Below are positions 1 to 9,200 of a stretch of DNA of 59,957 nucleotides, piece by piece (position 1 is the first letter of the stretch; the number at the start of each line of letters is the position of its first letter). The DNA comes from a virus. Position numbers and translations under genes: made by a program. The stretch lies in IMG/VR virus record IMGVR_UViG_3300025064_000001. One strand, given 5' to 3'. The notes beneath the pieces are model-generated. The model did no database searches. It was not told where the DNA came from and saw nothing but the letters and a program-made list of their open reading frames with translations.

Positions 1-127
1 CGAACTATTATGCTAGCCATAGCGTAATCTGCAAGCCAGACCGCGCAATTAGCTATGGTGCTATGGCCGTATCTCACATCATGCCAAGCGACGTAGAGCA
101 CGCATTAAGTCATAAGCTTGTGGTGCC
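1..127. repeat. Left copy of an exact 127-bp terminal duplication (identical to 59831..59957). It marks circular closure of the contig.
   Basis: Read directly: the same 127 nt (cgaactattatgctagcc...aagcttgtggtgcc) occur at both window ends, and an ORF crosses the junction in frame. Confidence 0.95.
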
Positions 128-620
128 ACAATATCTGCCAGTCGGTGAAGCCTACATCATAGGGCACAATATTGATTACGATATTCAAGTCGCGGCCAAC
201 GCTGGCGTCGATGTTAGTCAGTACAAACGTATTTGCACCCAAGCGCTGGCACGTAGAATGCTGCCGGACTTGGATAGCCATTCACTAGGCGCACTCACCT
301 ATGCTATCAACCCTGATTTAGCACGCCAGTATTGCCGCAATGCTCATGATGCTGGTTACGATGTGACGTTCACGCTATGGCTGCTGGAGGAGATATGCGA
401 GATTGGGTTCTTCACCAGCATGGAGCAGCTGTATCTTGCCAGCGAGGAAGCGCGGATTCCGCTTACTTTTACGTTTGGTAAGCACCAAGGCAAGGCTATC
501 AAAGATATAGCGGTCACTGATCGCAGTTACTTACAGTGGATTATAAAAAATCACGACAACGCTTATCTAGTTAAGGCGTGTCTCGATGCTATAACCGGCA
601 ATATTAATATTAACGTGTAG
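3..620 (+). CDS. DnaQ/ExoX-like DEDDh 3'-5' exonuclease, 3' portion. The gene starts at 59692 and wraps through the junction (252 aa in total).
   Basis: Exo II GHNIDYD and Exo III HDAGYDV lie here, and Exo I IIDFEAT lies in the 59692.. part. The C-terminus has an FGKHQGK...YLQWI module. The frame is continuous across the 127-bp overlap. Confidence 0.85.
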   Translation, partial: NYYASHSVICKPDRAISYGAMAVSHIMPSDVEHALSHKLVVPQYLPVGEAYIIGHNIDYDIQVAANAGVDVSQYKRICTQALARRMLPDLDSHSLGALTYAINPDLARQYCRNAHDAGYDVTFTLWLLEEICEIGFFTSMEQLYLASEEARIPLTFTFGKHQGKAIKDIAVTDRSYLQWIIKNHDNAYLVKACLDAITGNININV

Positions 621-629
621 GAGTTTGAC

Positions 630-773
630 ATGGGTGATGCTAATTGTCCTGAGTGTGGCGGCGGCTATACCTGCCAAGATCAGGTTGCGGATCAAGAAGT
701 GGTAACAGCTACTTGCCGCAACTGCCAAACTGAGTTTGATGTTGAAGCAAGTGTTTCTTTTAATATGGCTTGA
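630..773 (+). CDS. Small (47 aa) four-cysteine zinc-ribbon protein, below the ORF-track size cut-off
   Basis: ATG at 630 is preceded by TAGGAG 7 nt upstream. Translation is MGDANCPECGG...CRNCQTEF. The stop overlaps the next start (TGATG). Confidence 0.6.
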   Translation: MGDANCPECGGGYTCQDQVADQEVVTATCRNCQTEFDVEASVSFNMA

Positions 774-1060
774 TGGAGATTGAAATGGCTAAGAAGCTAT
801 GGAAGAACGTCACTGAAGACGAAAAAATGAAAATGAAGCAGTTTGTTATTAATAATCCACCAAACACGCCGCTGACGCCTGAGTATGCAGCAAGCTACTT
901 GGGCGTATCGACAGCCACGTTGCAAAAAATGCGCTGCGAAGATACCAATGGCATAGCATTTTTTAAGCCCAGTCATAGGTGTGTCGTTTACTACAAGCGT
1001 GATCTTGACGAGTATCTGACATACGAGCCAGCCTATCACAGCACCGCGCAATATGCGTAG
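773..1060 (+). CDS. xis: Excisionase-like HTH DNA-binding protein (start is 773 or 785)
   Basis: The segment LTPEYAASYLGVSTATLQKMR...YYKRDLDEYL resembles Xis/AlpA-type HTH proteins. The gene sits immediately upstream of attP and int. Confidence 0.6.
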   Translation: MEIEMAKKLWKNVTEDEKMKMKQFVINNPPNTPLTPEYAASYLGVSTATLQKMRCEDTNGIAFFKPSHRCVVYYKRDLDEYLTYEPAYHSTAQYA

Positions 1061-1205
1061 TGGCGGCTTGCGAATTTTTCTTAGAATGCCGTTACCGTTT
1101 TCCTGCCTTGGCCCACGACCAATTCTGGCCGTCGGCCATATTTTCAGCAAGCAATAGTGCTCATGAGAACTTCTTAGGCACTCTATAATTATCGTTACAC
1201 AATAA

Positions 1206-1224
1206 CTATGTATTGCCATTTATT
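1206..1224 (+). repeat. Direct repeat copy 1 (CTATGTATTGCCATTTATT), candidate integrase arm-type site
   Basis: 16 of 19 nt match 1288..1306. The copies are 82 bp apart, just upstream of the tRNA-derived core. Confidence 0.45.
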
Positions 1225-1287
1225 GCCAAGACTGTTTTAAGTGATTGATATAACGGTGTTTTTATTGCTATCTATTGTTGTATATAG

Positions 1288-1306
1288 CCATGTATTACCA
1301 TCTATT
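1288..1306 (+). repeat. Direct repeat copy 2 (CCATGTATTACCATCTATT), candidate integrase arm-type site
   Basis: See 1206..1224. Confidence 0.45.
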
Positions 1307-1320
1307 TTGACCGAGTATAA

Positions 1321-1367
1321 GACTCATAATCCTTTGGTCGTAGGTTCAAGTCCTACTGGGCCCACCA
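1321..1367 (+). other. attP core: the 3' ~47 nt of a tRNA gene with a CAU anticodon (anticodon loop to CCA). The 5' half is absent.
   Basis: The parts read as GA|CTCATAA|TCCTT|TGGTC|GTAGG-TTCAAGT-CCTAC|TGGGCCC|A|CCA, which fit anticodon loop, variable loop, T-arm, acceptor and CCA. No complementary 5' acceptor (GGGCCCA) is found upstream. From memory it resembles the minor Ile (ileX-type) tRNA. Confidence 0.8.
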
Positions 1368-1375
1368 TATTTAAA

Positions 1376-1406
1376 CCCCGTAAGCTCAATGTTTACGGGG
1401 TTTTTT
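1376..1406 (+). terminator. Rho-independent terminator directly after the tRNA 3' fragment
   Basis: Stem CCCCGTAA / TTACGGGG followed by TTTTTT. Confidence 0.8.
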
Positions 1407-1536
1407 GTTGTCTGCTGTTTTTGGCTGGCTAGTTAGAGAGTGCGATAAACCTCTGTATGAGGACTTTGTGGGCACTTCTTATAATCTCGCTTATCGGCTA
1501 TGATACCTAAGTAAATCTACGGAATAGGCAATCAAT

Positions 1537-2793
1537 ATGGCAAGGGTTAAACTAACCAAGCGCTTCATAGACGCGCTTGAATATTCAGATAAAGCGGATA
1601 TTATCCAAGACGAGTTGGTCAACGGTTTTGCTGTGCGTACCAATAAGACTAATAAGAGCTATATGATTAGCAAGCGGATTGGCGGCAAGATGATCCGTAA
1701 GTCTATCGGTGATTGCTCAGTCATGACGTTGCAGGATGCACGCGAGCAAGCCATGTCTATCATTAGTGAATTGATGCAAGGCCGCGATCCATTCAATGAT
1801 GATATGAAAGACGTGATAGTTCCTACACTTGGTGAAGCTTATGAATATTATATTACTCATAAGCCGGGACTGAAGCAGTCGACTATCAACACCTATAATC
1901 GGCAGATACCGGGCAAGCTGGCTGAATGGCAAGATAGGTCAATGAATGAGATAATGCAAAGCAATGTCACCGAAAAGCATTTAGAGCTTACTAAGTTGAG
2001 CCCGTCACAAGCCAATGCCACTTTTAGGGCCCTTAATGCCGTGTGGAATTTTGCTAGGCTAAGCTTTTTAGATAATTCCGAATCTCCTATTATTAAGCTA
2101 AGTCCGGTTGAGATACTGACAGCCAAAAAATTATGGAACACGGTTAAGCCTCGCACTACTTATCTCAATGAAGATACGATGGGCAATTATGTTCGGGTAC
2201 TCACTGATTTTAAGAGTGAGGATTTTCATAACATGCAGCCTCATAGTAATAATGCACGCGATATCATGCTGCTATTTCTGTGCACCGGCATACGTGCCAG
2301 CGAAGGTTACACATTAAGATGGGATTTTATTGATTTAAAACACGGTACTATGACTATTCACGAAACTAAGAACGGCGATACTTTGCATGTGCCGCTCGGT
2401 AAAGTCATGTGCGCAATGATGGACCATCGTCATCACTACCGACAAAATGAGCCTTGGGTATTCCCATCACGCTTAATAGAATATGACGGCAACCTGACTG
2501 ATATATCAAAACAGTATAAGAACATCGGTGACGCGGCTGGCATTCATATCACGCCGCATGATCTGCGCCGGACATTCTCAACCGTGGGTGATATTCTTAA
2601 TTTAAATATATCGGTTATCAAGCGCTTGATGAATCATCGGACATCGAAAGCGTCTGACGATGTGACATTGCAGTACATTCAGGTCAGTCAAAAAAGATTG
2701 CGTGCTGCAATGAATGATATTGAAGAGTTTATTTTTAATGAGGCTGGCATGACACAGGATGAGGTTATCGAGAAGTTGTACAAGATTTACTAG
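1537..2793 (+). CDS. int: Tyrosine integrase, P4-like (N-terminal arm-binding domain plus C-terminal catalytic domain)
   Basis: N-terminus MARVKLTKRFIDAL...NGFAVR. Catalytic residues are in context: GIRASE (Arg), HDLRRTF (His-x-x-Arg), NHRTS...LQY (His, Tyr). It is adjacent to the tRNA-derived att core. Confidence 0.95.
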   Translation: MARVKLTKRFIDALEYSDKADIIQDELVNGFAVRTNKTNKSYMISKRIGGKMIRKSIGDCSVMTLQDAREQAMSIISELMQGRDPFNDDMKDVIVPTLGEAYEYYITHKPGLKQSTINTYNRQIPGKLAEWQDRSMNEIMQSNVTEKHLELTKLSPSQANATFRALNAVWNFARLSFLDNSESPIIKLSPVEILTAKKLWNTVKPRTTYLNEDTMGNYVRVLTDFKSEDFHNMQPHSNNARDIMLLFLCTGIRASEGYTLRWDFIDLKHGTMTIHETKNGDTLHVPLGKVMCAMMDHRHHYRQNEPWVFPSRLIEYDGNLTDISKQYKNIGDAAGIHITPHDLRRTFSTVGDILNLNISVIKRLMNHRTSKASDDVTLQYIQVSQKRLRAAMNDIEEFIFNEAGMTQDEVIEKLYKIY

Positions 2794-2809
2794 CTAACAA
2801 ATATTGTTA

Positions 2810-2818
2810 TGTTATAAT
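2810..2818 (+). promoter_or_regulatory. Extended -10 promoter TGTTATAAT, 17 nt after the int stop codon
   Basis: TG-n-TATAAT read directly. No convincing -35 element. Confidence 0.5.
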
Positions 2819-2824
2819 ATTACC

Positions 2825-3049
2825 ATTCCTTGTAGTTGATTGACGCAGTAATCCCTAGTCGCTAGGGCTGGGTTTCCAGATAGAGCGAACGTAGTCAGAC
2901 CAGCGGTGCTACGACATGCAAAAACACTGGCAGATGATGTGCGTTTCCTTACCTCCGTATCACCGCGCATGAGTCATCCGATTGATACCCGTAAAGTTGT
3001 GCTAAGGTATTTGGGCAGAAAGCCGCTAATTACAGTTAGCGGCTTTTTT
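2825..3049 (+). ncRNA. Candidate ~225-nt non-coding RNA (or structured int 3'UTR) bounded by a promoter and a terminator
   Basis: No ORF longer than 18 codons and no RBS. Several hairpins are present (CCCTAG-tcg-CTAGGG at 2853-2867). A C/U-rich anti-SD-like segment CCTTACCTCCGTA lies at 2947-2959. It ends at the 3021-3049 terminator. Confidence 0.45.
3021..3049 (+). terminator. Rho-independent terminator (9-bp stem AGCCGCTAA/TTAGCGGCT plus T-run)
   Basis: Read directly. The T-run is present only on the + strand. Confidence 0.8.
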
Positions 3050-3148
3050 ACGTCTGCTATCCTTATGGCTCCCGGCTGATATATAAGGGTTGCAGCGTTT
3101 TCGCTCTCTCATTCTTTCTCTCAAAACTCGCTCACTTCTCTCAAATTT

Positions 3149-3186
3149 TTGCGTTCATTTGCGTTCATGAACGCAAATGAACGCAA
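3149..3186. repeat. Perfect 38-bp palindrome built from four TTGCGTTCA units (two direct, two inverted)
   Basis: TTGCGTTCATTTGCGTTCA|TGAACGCAAATGAACGCAA. The reverse complement of the left 19 nt equals the right 19 nt. Confidence 0.95.
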
Positions 3187-3219
3187 TAAAAAACCCCATC
3201 TAAATTAATAGGTGGGGTT
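3185..3219 (-). terminator. Rho-independent terminator closing the minus-strand late/lysis operon
   Basis: On the - strand: AACCCCACC...GATGGGGTT followed by TTTTTTATT. It lies about 100 nt after the endolysin stop. Confidence 0.7.
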
Positions 3220-3316
3220 AGTTGGTTTTTTCTGCGCTACTTTACTCGAGTTTTCACACAGTCTCGGCGACCAAGCCAACAAGGTAATTATAGCAGCTAA
3301 ACCTAGCCAGGTGTAG

Positions 3317-4189
3317 CTACAAATACCGCAAGCACTTCTCAAGCGCTTGGCAAAACTCAGTGTAACCATTCAAGCCACCGTTGACCGTCTCGCGAATAAT
3401 GCGAGCGCCGTAATTCATCTTATAGTCTTTGGTTTCAACACCTTTGGTATTCAGTGTGTTCAGCGTATAACCATTTGAGTAGGTGTTAATCTTTTCAGCT
3501 TTCTCATTGCAGCCATTAATACGCCAAAATTCCATAGCAGCGATGGCGGCATTCTCCATGTCTTCAATCAGCTTGGGATTGTCACCAAACTTGATGCTAG
3601 TCATGTTCTGCAAAATAAAATAGTTATCTCGGAAGGTATTGCCAGTCCAGCCGCCACCTCTATAATCCCAACCGTCATTGGTGTTAGGGCGATTGCCATA
3701 GCGACCGCCGTACAAGTAATTAGCCACAGCGACTTGCCCCTTTGCAAGCAATGCCCTGGCATCCGCTACAGACTTGATACGCGTAGGGAACACGGCTCGC
3801 AAGCGCTCAGGGCGATAATTAAAGCTCTCACGCTTGGCATTAAAGGCGCTTGACTCATGAATGCAGTTAGCAATAAAGGCACACATCTGCTTCTTGGTGA
3901 CAATGCCGTACTGTGGACCTAGTCTTAATAGCAGCTCTACCGCCGCTGGATTGACGCTTGAGTCTACTTTTTTAAGTGTCTCAATCGTTAGGTTATAAGG
4001 TCGCTTGCCAGCCGCGACTTCCACTTCTTTAACTGACAACTCTAATCGCTCGATAAGTTCGCCGCGAAACTTGTTATCAGTCATGGCCTGATTGGTGATA
4101 TCGACAATAAGTTGTGACATTTTGGTTGGCGCTAAATGCTCGCGCAGTTTTGCAAAAATAGCGGTATCGGTAACGGCTTGACTGGTCAT
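3317..4189 (-). CDS. Endolysin, glycoside hydrolase family 19 (chitinase-like) type
   Basis: Motifs FIANCIHESSAFNAKRE and YRGGGWTGNTFRDNY resemble the GH19 catalytic region. It is the last gene of the late block, after two membrane proteins. Confidence 0.75.
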   Translation of the reverse strand: MTSQAVTDTAIFAKLREHLAPTKMSQLIVDITNQAMTDNKFRGELIERLELSVKEVEVAAGKRPYNLTIETLKKVDSSVNPAAVELLLRLGPQYGIVTKKQMCAFIANCIHESSAFNAKRESFNYRPERLRAVFPTRIKSVADARALLAKGQVAVANYLYGGRYGNRPNTNDGWDYRGGGWTGNTFRDNYFILQNMTSIKFGDNPKLIEDMENAAIAAMEFWRINGCNEKAEKINTYSNGYTLNTLNTKGVETKDYKMNYGARIIRETVNGGLNGYTEFCQALEKCLRYL

Positions 4190-4521
4190 AATGATTTACC
4201 TTTAATACGGGTTTTTTTAATCTTAACTTCTGGCGCATTTGGCTCTAGCGTTTCCACCTGCTTTTTTAGCAGTGGCATACAGCACCACAAGCCAATTAGT
4301 ACCAGCGCTCGACTGACCACGGTTAAACTGGTTGGCACCAAGTCCTGAACAGTGTCGGCCAAGAATAGTAAAACCCACACGACGCCAAGCGAGATAACAC
4401 CTATTTGGATGCGAGCGTTACAACCTGTCTTGTACTTACCAAACCACCACACCCAGCTCCAGCCGATAATGCCAATGAATGCGAGCAAGGTATTAAAAAA
4501 CTCTAAGTTAAAGATGATCAT
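4186..4521 (-). CDS. Small membrane protein (about 3 TM), lysis-cassette component
   Basis: Hydrophobic segments in the translation. Overlaps both flanking genes by 4 nt. Confidence 0.65.
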   Translation of the reverse strand: MIIFNLEFFNTLLAFIGIIGWSWVWWFGKYKTGCNARIQIGVISLGVVWVLLFLADTVQDLVPTSLTVVSRALVLIGLWCCMPLLKKQVETLEPNAPEVKIKKTRIKGKSL

Positions 4522-5084
4522 TTATCATTCCTCCCGATAAACGCCATCAAGATACCTTTGAAGTAACCAAAGACAGCCTTTATCATGTCAGGCGCAGAGC
4601 TATGAGCCTCTGTGTTAATAAGCGCCCATAATTTTTCGCCAGTAAAGAAGGCAATCACGTAATAGATAACCACCGAGCCAATAGCAGCAAAAAAACCTGC
4701 CGGTACAATAAGACTCCAGATAGTGATATCAGGGTAGAAGGCCGGCACGATAAACAAAGTCACCAATATGCCAAACGACAAGCTATAAAACGGCTTGAGA
4801 TAAGCACGTTTAAACTTACCGTCAATCGGCGTTTCTTGGTTCATGCCAGCAATGGTGCCAAAGATAAGCGCTATCACAAAGAACACTACGCCAAGCCAGT
4901 TGGGAACTGTGAAGCCGACTAATAGGTATGGGTCAGCCATTTGAAATAAGTACACGTTATTCTTTGGCACGACCTCAACAACCGACGGCGTGGTGATATC
5001 TGAGGCAGATAATGCGGCGGCTTTGGTGGCAATATAACCGCCCATTGCGATAATGCCATTGCCGAAGGCTGCTCTAATGGTCAT
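4518..5084 (-). CDS. Multi-pass membrane protein, holin candidate
   Basis: At least 4 hydrophobic helices. Located upstream of the endolysin. Confidence 0.55.
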   Translation of the reverse strand: MTIRAAFGNGIIAMGGYIATKAAALSASDITTPSVVEVVPKNNVYLFQMADPYLLVGFTVPNWLGVVFFVIALIFGTIAGMNQETPIDGKFKRAYLKPFYSLSFGILVTLFIVPAFYPDITIWSLIVPAGFFAAIGSVVIYYVIAFFTGEKLWALINTEAHSSAPDMIKAVFGYFKGILMAFIGRNDK

Positions 5085-5132
5085 TGATATGTCCTTTACT
5101 GCGTTTTATTTAAGCGAGGCACCAGTCGGTTG

Positions 5133-6068
5133 CTATAGCGTTAGCAATCTACGGATATCACTAGGTTTATGACCGTCCCATTCAGGTGCTCTATCTACCT
5201 CATTGACATCAAACATATTCCAATCATCTAAATGGTAGTGGTATGTGTAGTAACCATTAGGTGTTTTAACACCAACAATAAAGTAATCATCAAACATAGT
5301 ACCGTCTGCGTGTAGCTTAGACTTGAAAGCTACTTCTTTATTGTTGTTACAGATAATTGAAAATAAGACCATGCGATGATAGTAAAGCTCGTCAAACGTA
5401 TGGTAGCCGTCCGAAGTTTCTCCGGTTATAACAATATCTTTTGCGCAATCGCACAATGAGCCAGTTTCGTTTAGACGCTTAATTTCATCTTCGGTTAATT
5501 CGTGGTCGGGGTCTTGGGGTGCGGTGCATTTATTGACTTCGGCAGTTACTTTTTCTGAAAAGGCTAATGCTGTCTTCTTTACAGCGTCAGACTCCAACTT
5601 CTTACTAAGTGCGATTTTGATGCGTATTTCTAATATGTTGAAATACTCAGACATATAGTCGCGCTGATCTAGTAGTAACTCCCATTCTTTATCGTCAATA
5701 AAACTAGGTTGCGGTTTAGATAAGAAGTCGCACAGCTTATCTAGTTTTTCACGCAAGTCTGATTGCTCAAAAATCATTCGGGAAGCGTAGCTTGTCGGCT
5801 GTTTGACGCGATAGATATCATTGGCCAATAAATAACCTTCAAGTGGCCATAGCTGAGTGATTACTTTTTTAAGCGCGATTTCTTCGCCTAGCTCTTTATT
5901 GTAATTGGCAGGATCAACACAAGCTGATTCGCCAGTGACTTGAAAACCGCAAGGCAAAGTAACCATGCAATGAGTCAACGTGCCAGCAAGGTTGGTATAA
6001 GTAATAGTGCTTCGAGCCACTAAATGCTCAAGGTCTTCTTTGGTGACTTTATTAGGGAGGTCTGCCAT
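5133..6068 (-). CDS. Two-domain protein: N-terminal Gp49/Sf6-gp66-like domain plus an uncharacterised C-terminal domain (DGYHTFDELYYHR...EWDGH)
   Basis: The N-terminus TYTNLAGTLTHCMVTLPCGFQVTGESACVDPANYN resembles the N4 gp49-type family from memory. It is the first gene after late-motif copy 1. Confidence 0.6.
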   Translation of the reverse strand: MADLPNKVTKEDLEHLVARSTITYTNLAGTLTHCMVTLPCGFQVTGESACVDPANYNKELGEEIALKKVITQLWPLEGYLLANDIYRVKQPTSYASRMIFEQSDLREKLDKLCDFLSKPQPSFIDDKEWELLLDQRDYMSEYFNILEIRIKIALSKKLESDAVKKTALAFSEKVTAEVNKCTAPQDPDHELTEDEIKRLNETGSLCDCAKDIVITGETSDGYHTFDELYYHRMVLFSIICNNNKEVAFKSKLHADGTMFDDYFIVGVKTPNGYYTYHYHLDDWNMFDVNEVDRAPEWDGHKPSDIRRLLTL

Positions 6069-6145
6069 GGGTCATCCTTTTTCTGATTAATAGATATCTA
6101 TACCGTTTCAATAGTCACCATTTAATCAAGATAGGCGCACACTTA

Positions 6146-6161
6146 CGAACCTTATAGGGGT
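6146..6161 (-). promoter_or_regulatory. Late-unit element copy 1: ACCCCTATAAGGTTCG (minus-strand sense)
   Basis: 16 of 16 nt identical to the copies at 18165, 37577 and 44091. It lies 78 nt upstream of the 6068 start and 16 nt after a terminator. Confidence 0.6.
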
Positions 6162-6176
6162 GCGCCAAAAAGCAAA

Positions 6177-6206
6177 CACAAAAAAGCCCACCGCTTAGGG
6201 TGAGCT
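6177..6206 (-). terminator. Rho-independent terminator after the giant gene
   Basis: Minus strand: AGCTCACCC-taagc-GGTGGGCT followed by TTTTTTGTG. Confidence 0.8.
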
Positions 6207-6241
6207 TTGAGTTATCGAGGAATCTTCGGTAACTGAATTAC

Positions 6242-9200
6242 TTAAAATCCGTCACGTACTTGTGAAAAATCTGACGCCATCTGAGCACGCATGGACTTAG
6301 GTGCCAGCTTGGTAACGCGCTCTGATTTTTCCATCTTCATCTCACGCACACGGCGAGCGATATCCGTAGGCTTGATAACGATTTTTTGATCAGGGTTTTT
6401 AGCATTCCAGTCTTTGACAGCGGCTTTTGCATCAGCAACTTTATTACTATTACCTTCGACCACGCCAGCCGCCCATAGCGCTCTGATATTTGAGGCGCGC
6501 AGACTATAAAAAGAAGTGGCTGTCTGACCAAGATAGTTAGCCTCTTGGATTTTAGATACTTTGAGTGGCTGGAATCCTGCAAACTTAAATGCTGCATCAA
6601 CGGGTGACACGTCAGTGACCTTGTAGCCCTTGGTATCTTTATAGATACCAGACGTACCCATATCGATACCCTTCACAGCATTACGCACAGCGGTTGGCGA
6701 GAACTCAAGCGCACCTTTTTTAAGACTGGTTGCATCAAGATTTGCCACGCCTTTTGCAATATCTCTTGTGCCGGTTGCGATACGTCCGGCAAAGTCACCT
6801 GCTGGACCTGCAATCTCTAGCACGTCACGAGTGTTATTGGTGCGCTCTTTAAAGATACCTGTACCTGGAATCAAGTTACCAAGACCTAAGCGACCTGATA
6901 CATCGGTCGGTGAGCCTGGCAATGTTGAAGCGCCTGACTCAAGGAAGTCGCCCAACATTTCACCAAACCACGCATCCAAGAAGTCTTGACGTGCTTTTTT
7001 CGATGATAGGTTATAACCCATAATCTGTCCGATACCGTCAATCAAGTCTTCCGCATCTTCCATAAATGGTAAACCGCCTGAACCTGATAGTAGGAACATG
7101 ACGCCAAGCATAATCATGGTTGCCTTGCGACCTTGCGCACGTTCAACAGATCCCTTCTCGCCTTGATTCCATAGTCTGTGCATCAGCTCAATGTAAGATA
7201 CGGTATAAGTCTTAAAGGTCATGAGCGTACCGCCAACAGCGCCGCGGCCCCAATTCATGCGACTGGCTTTGTTGTAGACAAATTGCGTCTCTTTAATGGA
7301 TTTGGTGGCAAAGTCTGCTGGATTATCCATGCCCTGCTCTTTTGCCAAGCGGTAAGCTGCCACAAAAGTCACGCGGCGGTTAATCTGCTCAGCACCACTA
7401 AATAAGGCGCCCCATGCTAGACTAACGCGAGATAAGGTATTACCTGCCAGCGCTCTGGCATCACCAACTTTCGTGCCATCACCAGCGCTTAATGGATTCT
7501 TACCGCTGGCTTGCTTGAGTAGGTTGTGAACCTCTTGCGGGCTAAGCGTACCGTCTGCTTCTGCTCGCTCAATAGCTGCCAACAAGTCAGGCTCAAAGTG
7601 GCTTCTGTCTTTATCCTTAAACGCCTTTGTCCAGTCGCTTGATGCCTTACCAAGTTGTGAGGCTGCCTTAACTGCGCCGCCGAACTGTGAAAGGTATGGG
7701 AACGATACGGCAATGGGCTGCGTGATGTTGACCACGGCTGACGCAATCGAACCACCAAGATACTGCGCGAACATCCAGCCGCGCATAAGCTGCGCTTCTT
7801 CTTGTGGGTTTTTAATGTACTCAGCAAGCTTAACGGCCGCATCTTTTAGCTGACCTTCACCTTTTGGGATATCAGTAATAGCGCGGTCAATGTTGCTCAT
7901 GTTTAAAGCAGCCGAGGTATGGCGAGCATTAGAATAGATAAAGCTTGCCAGCACACGCCCAACGTCTTCAGAATACCCTTTAATACCTTTACGGTGCATT
8001 AATCGTTTCATGGCGCTACGATTGTTTTTGGTGCGTTTTAGGTACTCTTGGAACGCTTCATCTGCCGCTTTATCGCCAGTTGCATCAAGCCCTAGCATCT
8101 CACCAAACAATTCAGCCGTTTCAGGTGTCACTCCAGCGAATAATTTAAACTCTTCGTTCGATAAAGTACCGCGACTGACGGTGTGTGTAGCAGGGTCGTC
8201 GTACAGCGCTTTCATTTCAGCTTCCATTTTGCGAGCTTCATAAGCAGATTCAAACATACCAAAGTATTCACGGTTGCCATCAGCGTCTACCACGTCAACC
8301 GTGTACTGGCCGAAACGTGATAGCGGCGCATAACCATCATCCATTAGTTTGTTGGTACGGAATTGCGACTCTTTGATATCTTTAAGGGTCTGCTTTAATG
8401 CCTTCTCTTTTCTTGGGTTGGCTTGTATCAGGCTATTGATATGCTGCTCGATATTAAAGACCGCTTCGCGTAACGTGCCAGCCTCCATGACTGCTGCTTC
8501 GATATCGTTAGCATCTTTACCCAAACGGCGTAGCATGTCTGAGCGCGTGAGACTATCAAGACTTTTATCAGTGGCGGATCTGAACTCGCGGTACAGCTCG
8601 ATTTGCTCATCTGATAAATCAAACTTGCTGCGTAGCTCGCTGTCTTTCCAGACAAGGCCAGCGTTGACTTCCTCGTCAATAATGCCATTAATAAAGCGAT
8701 TGGCTTGGATGTTGTTTAGCGTGGCAAGCTGTTGCAGCTGTGCTGGCGTGATACGGTTGGCATCTTTTAGCATCTGTAAGCGGTCTTGCTTTGAGGCGGC
8801 CATGACTTTTTTGCGCCAGTCTTCTATGAGCACTGCTTTACCATCAAGGTCGCGGCCCCATAGTAATGTACCTTCAAAAATCGGCTTGCTTAACGCCTCA
8901 TTATCTTTGGCACCGATAGCAGACTTGGTGATATCGCGTAGTGAATCAAGCTGCGGTAACAGTCTTGGCGCAAGCTCTGAGGCTTTGGCTGCATAGAATG
9001 ATACGTCATTGATAAACTTCTCAGTGTTCTCAAAGACGGGTTTAAAGTACGGGTTACGCTGTGCCAAGTTGTACATCGTGCCGATGGTCTTGTGCCACCA
9101 CGATAGTTTGCCGGGAGGCGCGGAGCTTGCCCAGTCGTAAAGTCGTGTCGCTGTTTCTTTAGCGATATTGCGTGGGTCGAACTGATCATTCATGCCAGCG

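Noticed and set aside
797-1432. ORFs 797..1219 (-) and 1241..1432 (+).
   Set aside because: The first is antisense to the Xis-like gene and runs through attP arm DNA. The second translates the tRNA fragment and its terminator. Neither has an RBS.
3078-3095. A plus-strand sequence GATATATAAGGGTTGCA that resembles the late element (TATAAGGTTCGCA).
   Set aside because: The match is only partial, with an extra G, a C-to-G change and no CCCC block. It is on the opposite strand and has no downstream gene. A similar partial match inside a coding region at 17297-17313 was dismissed for the same reasons.
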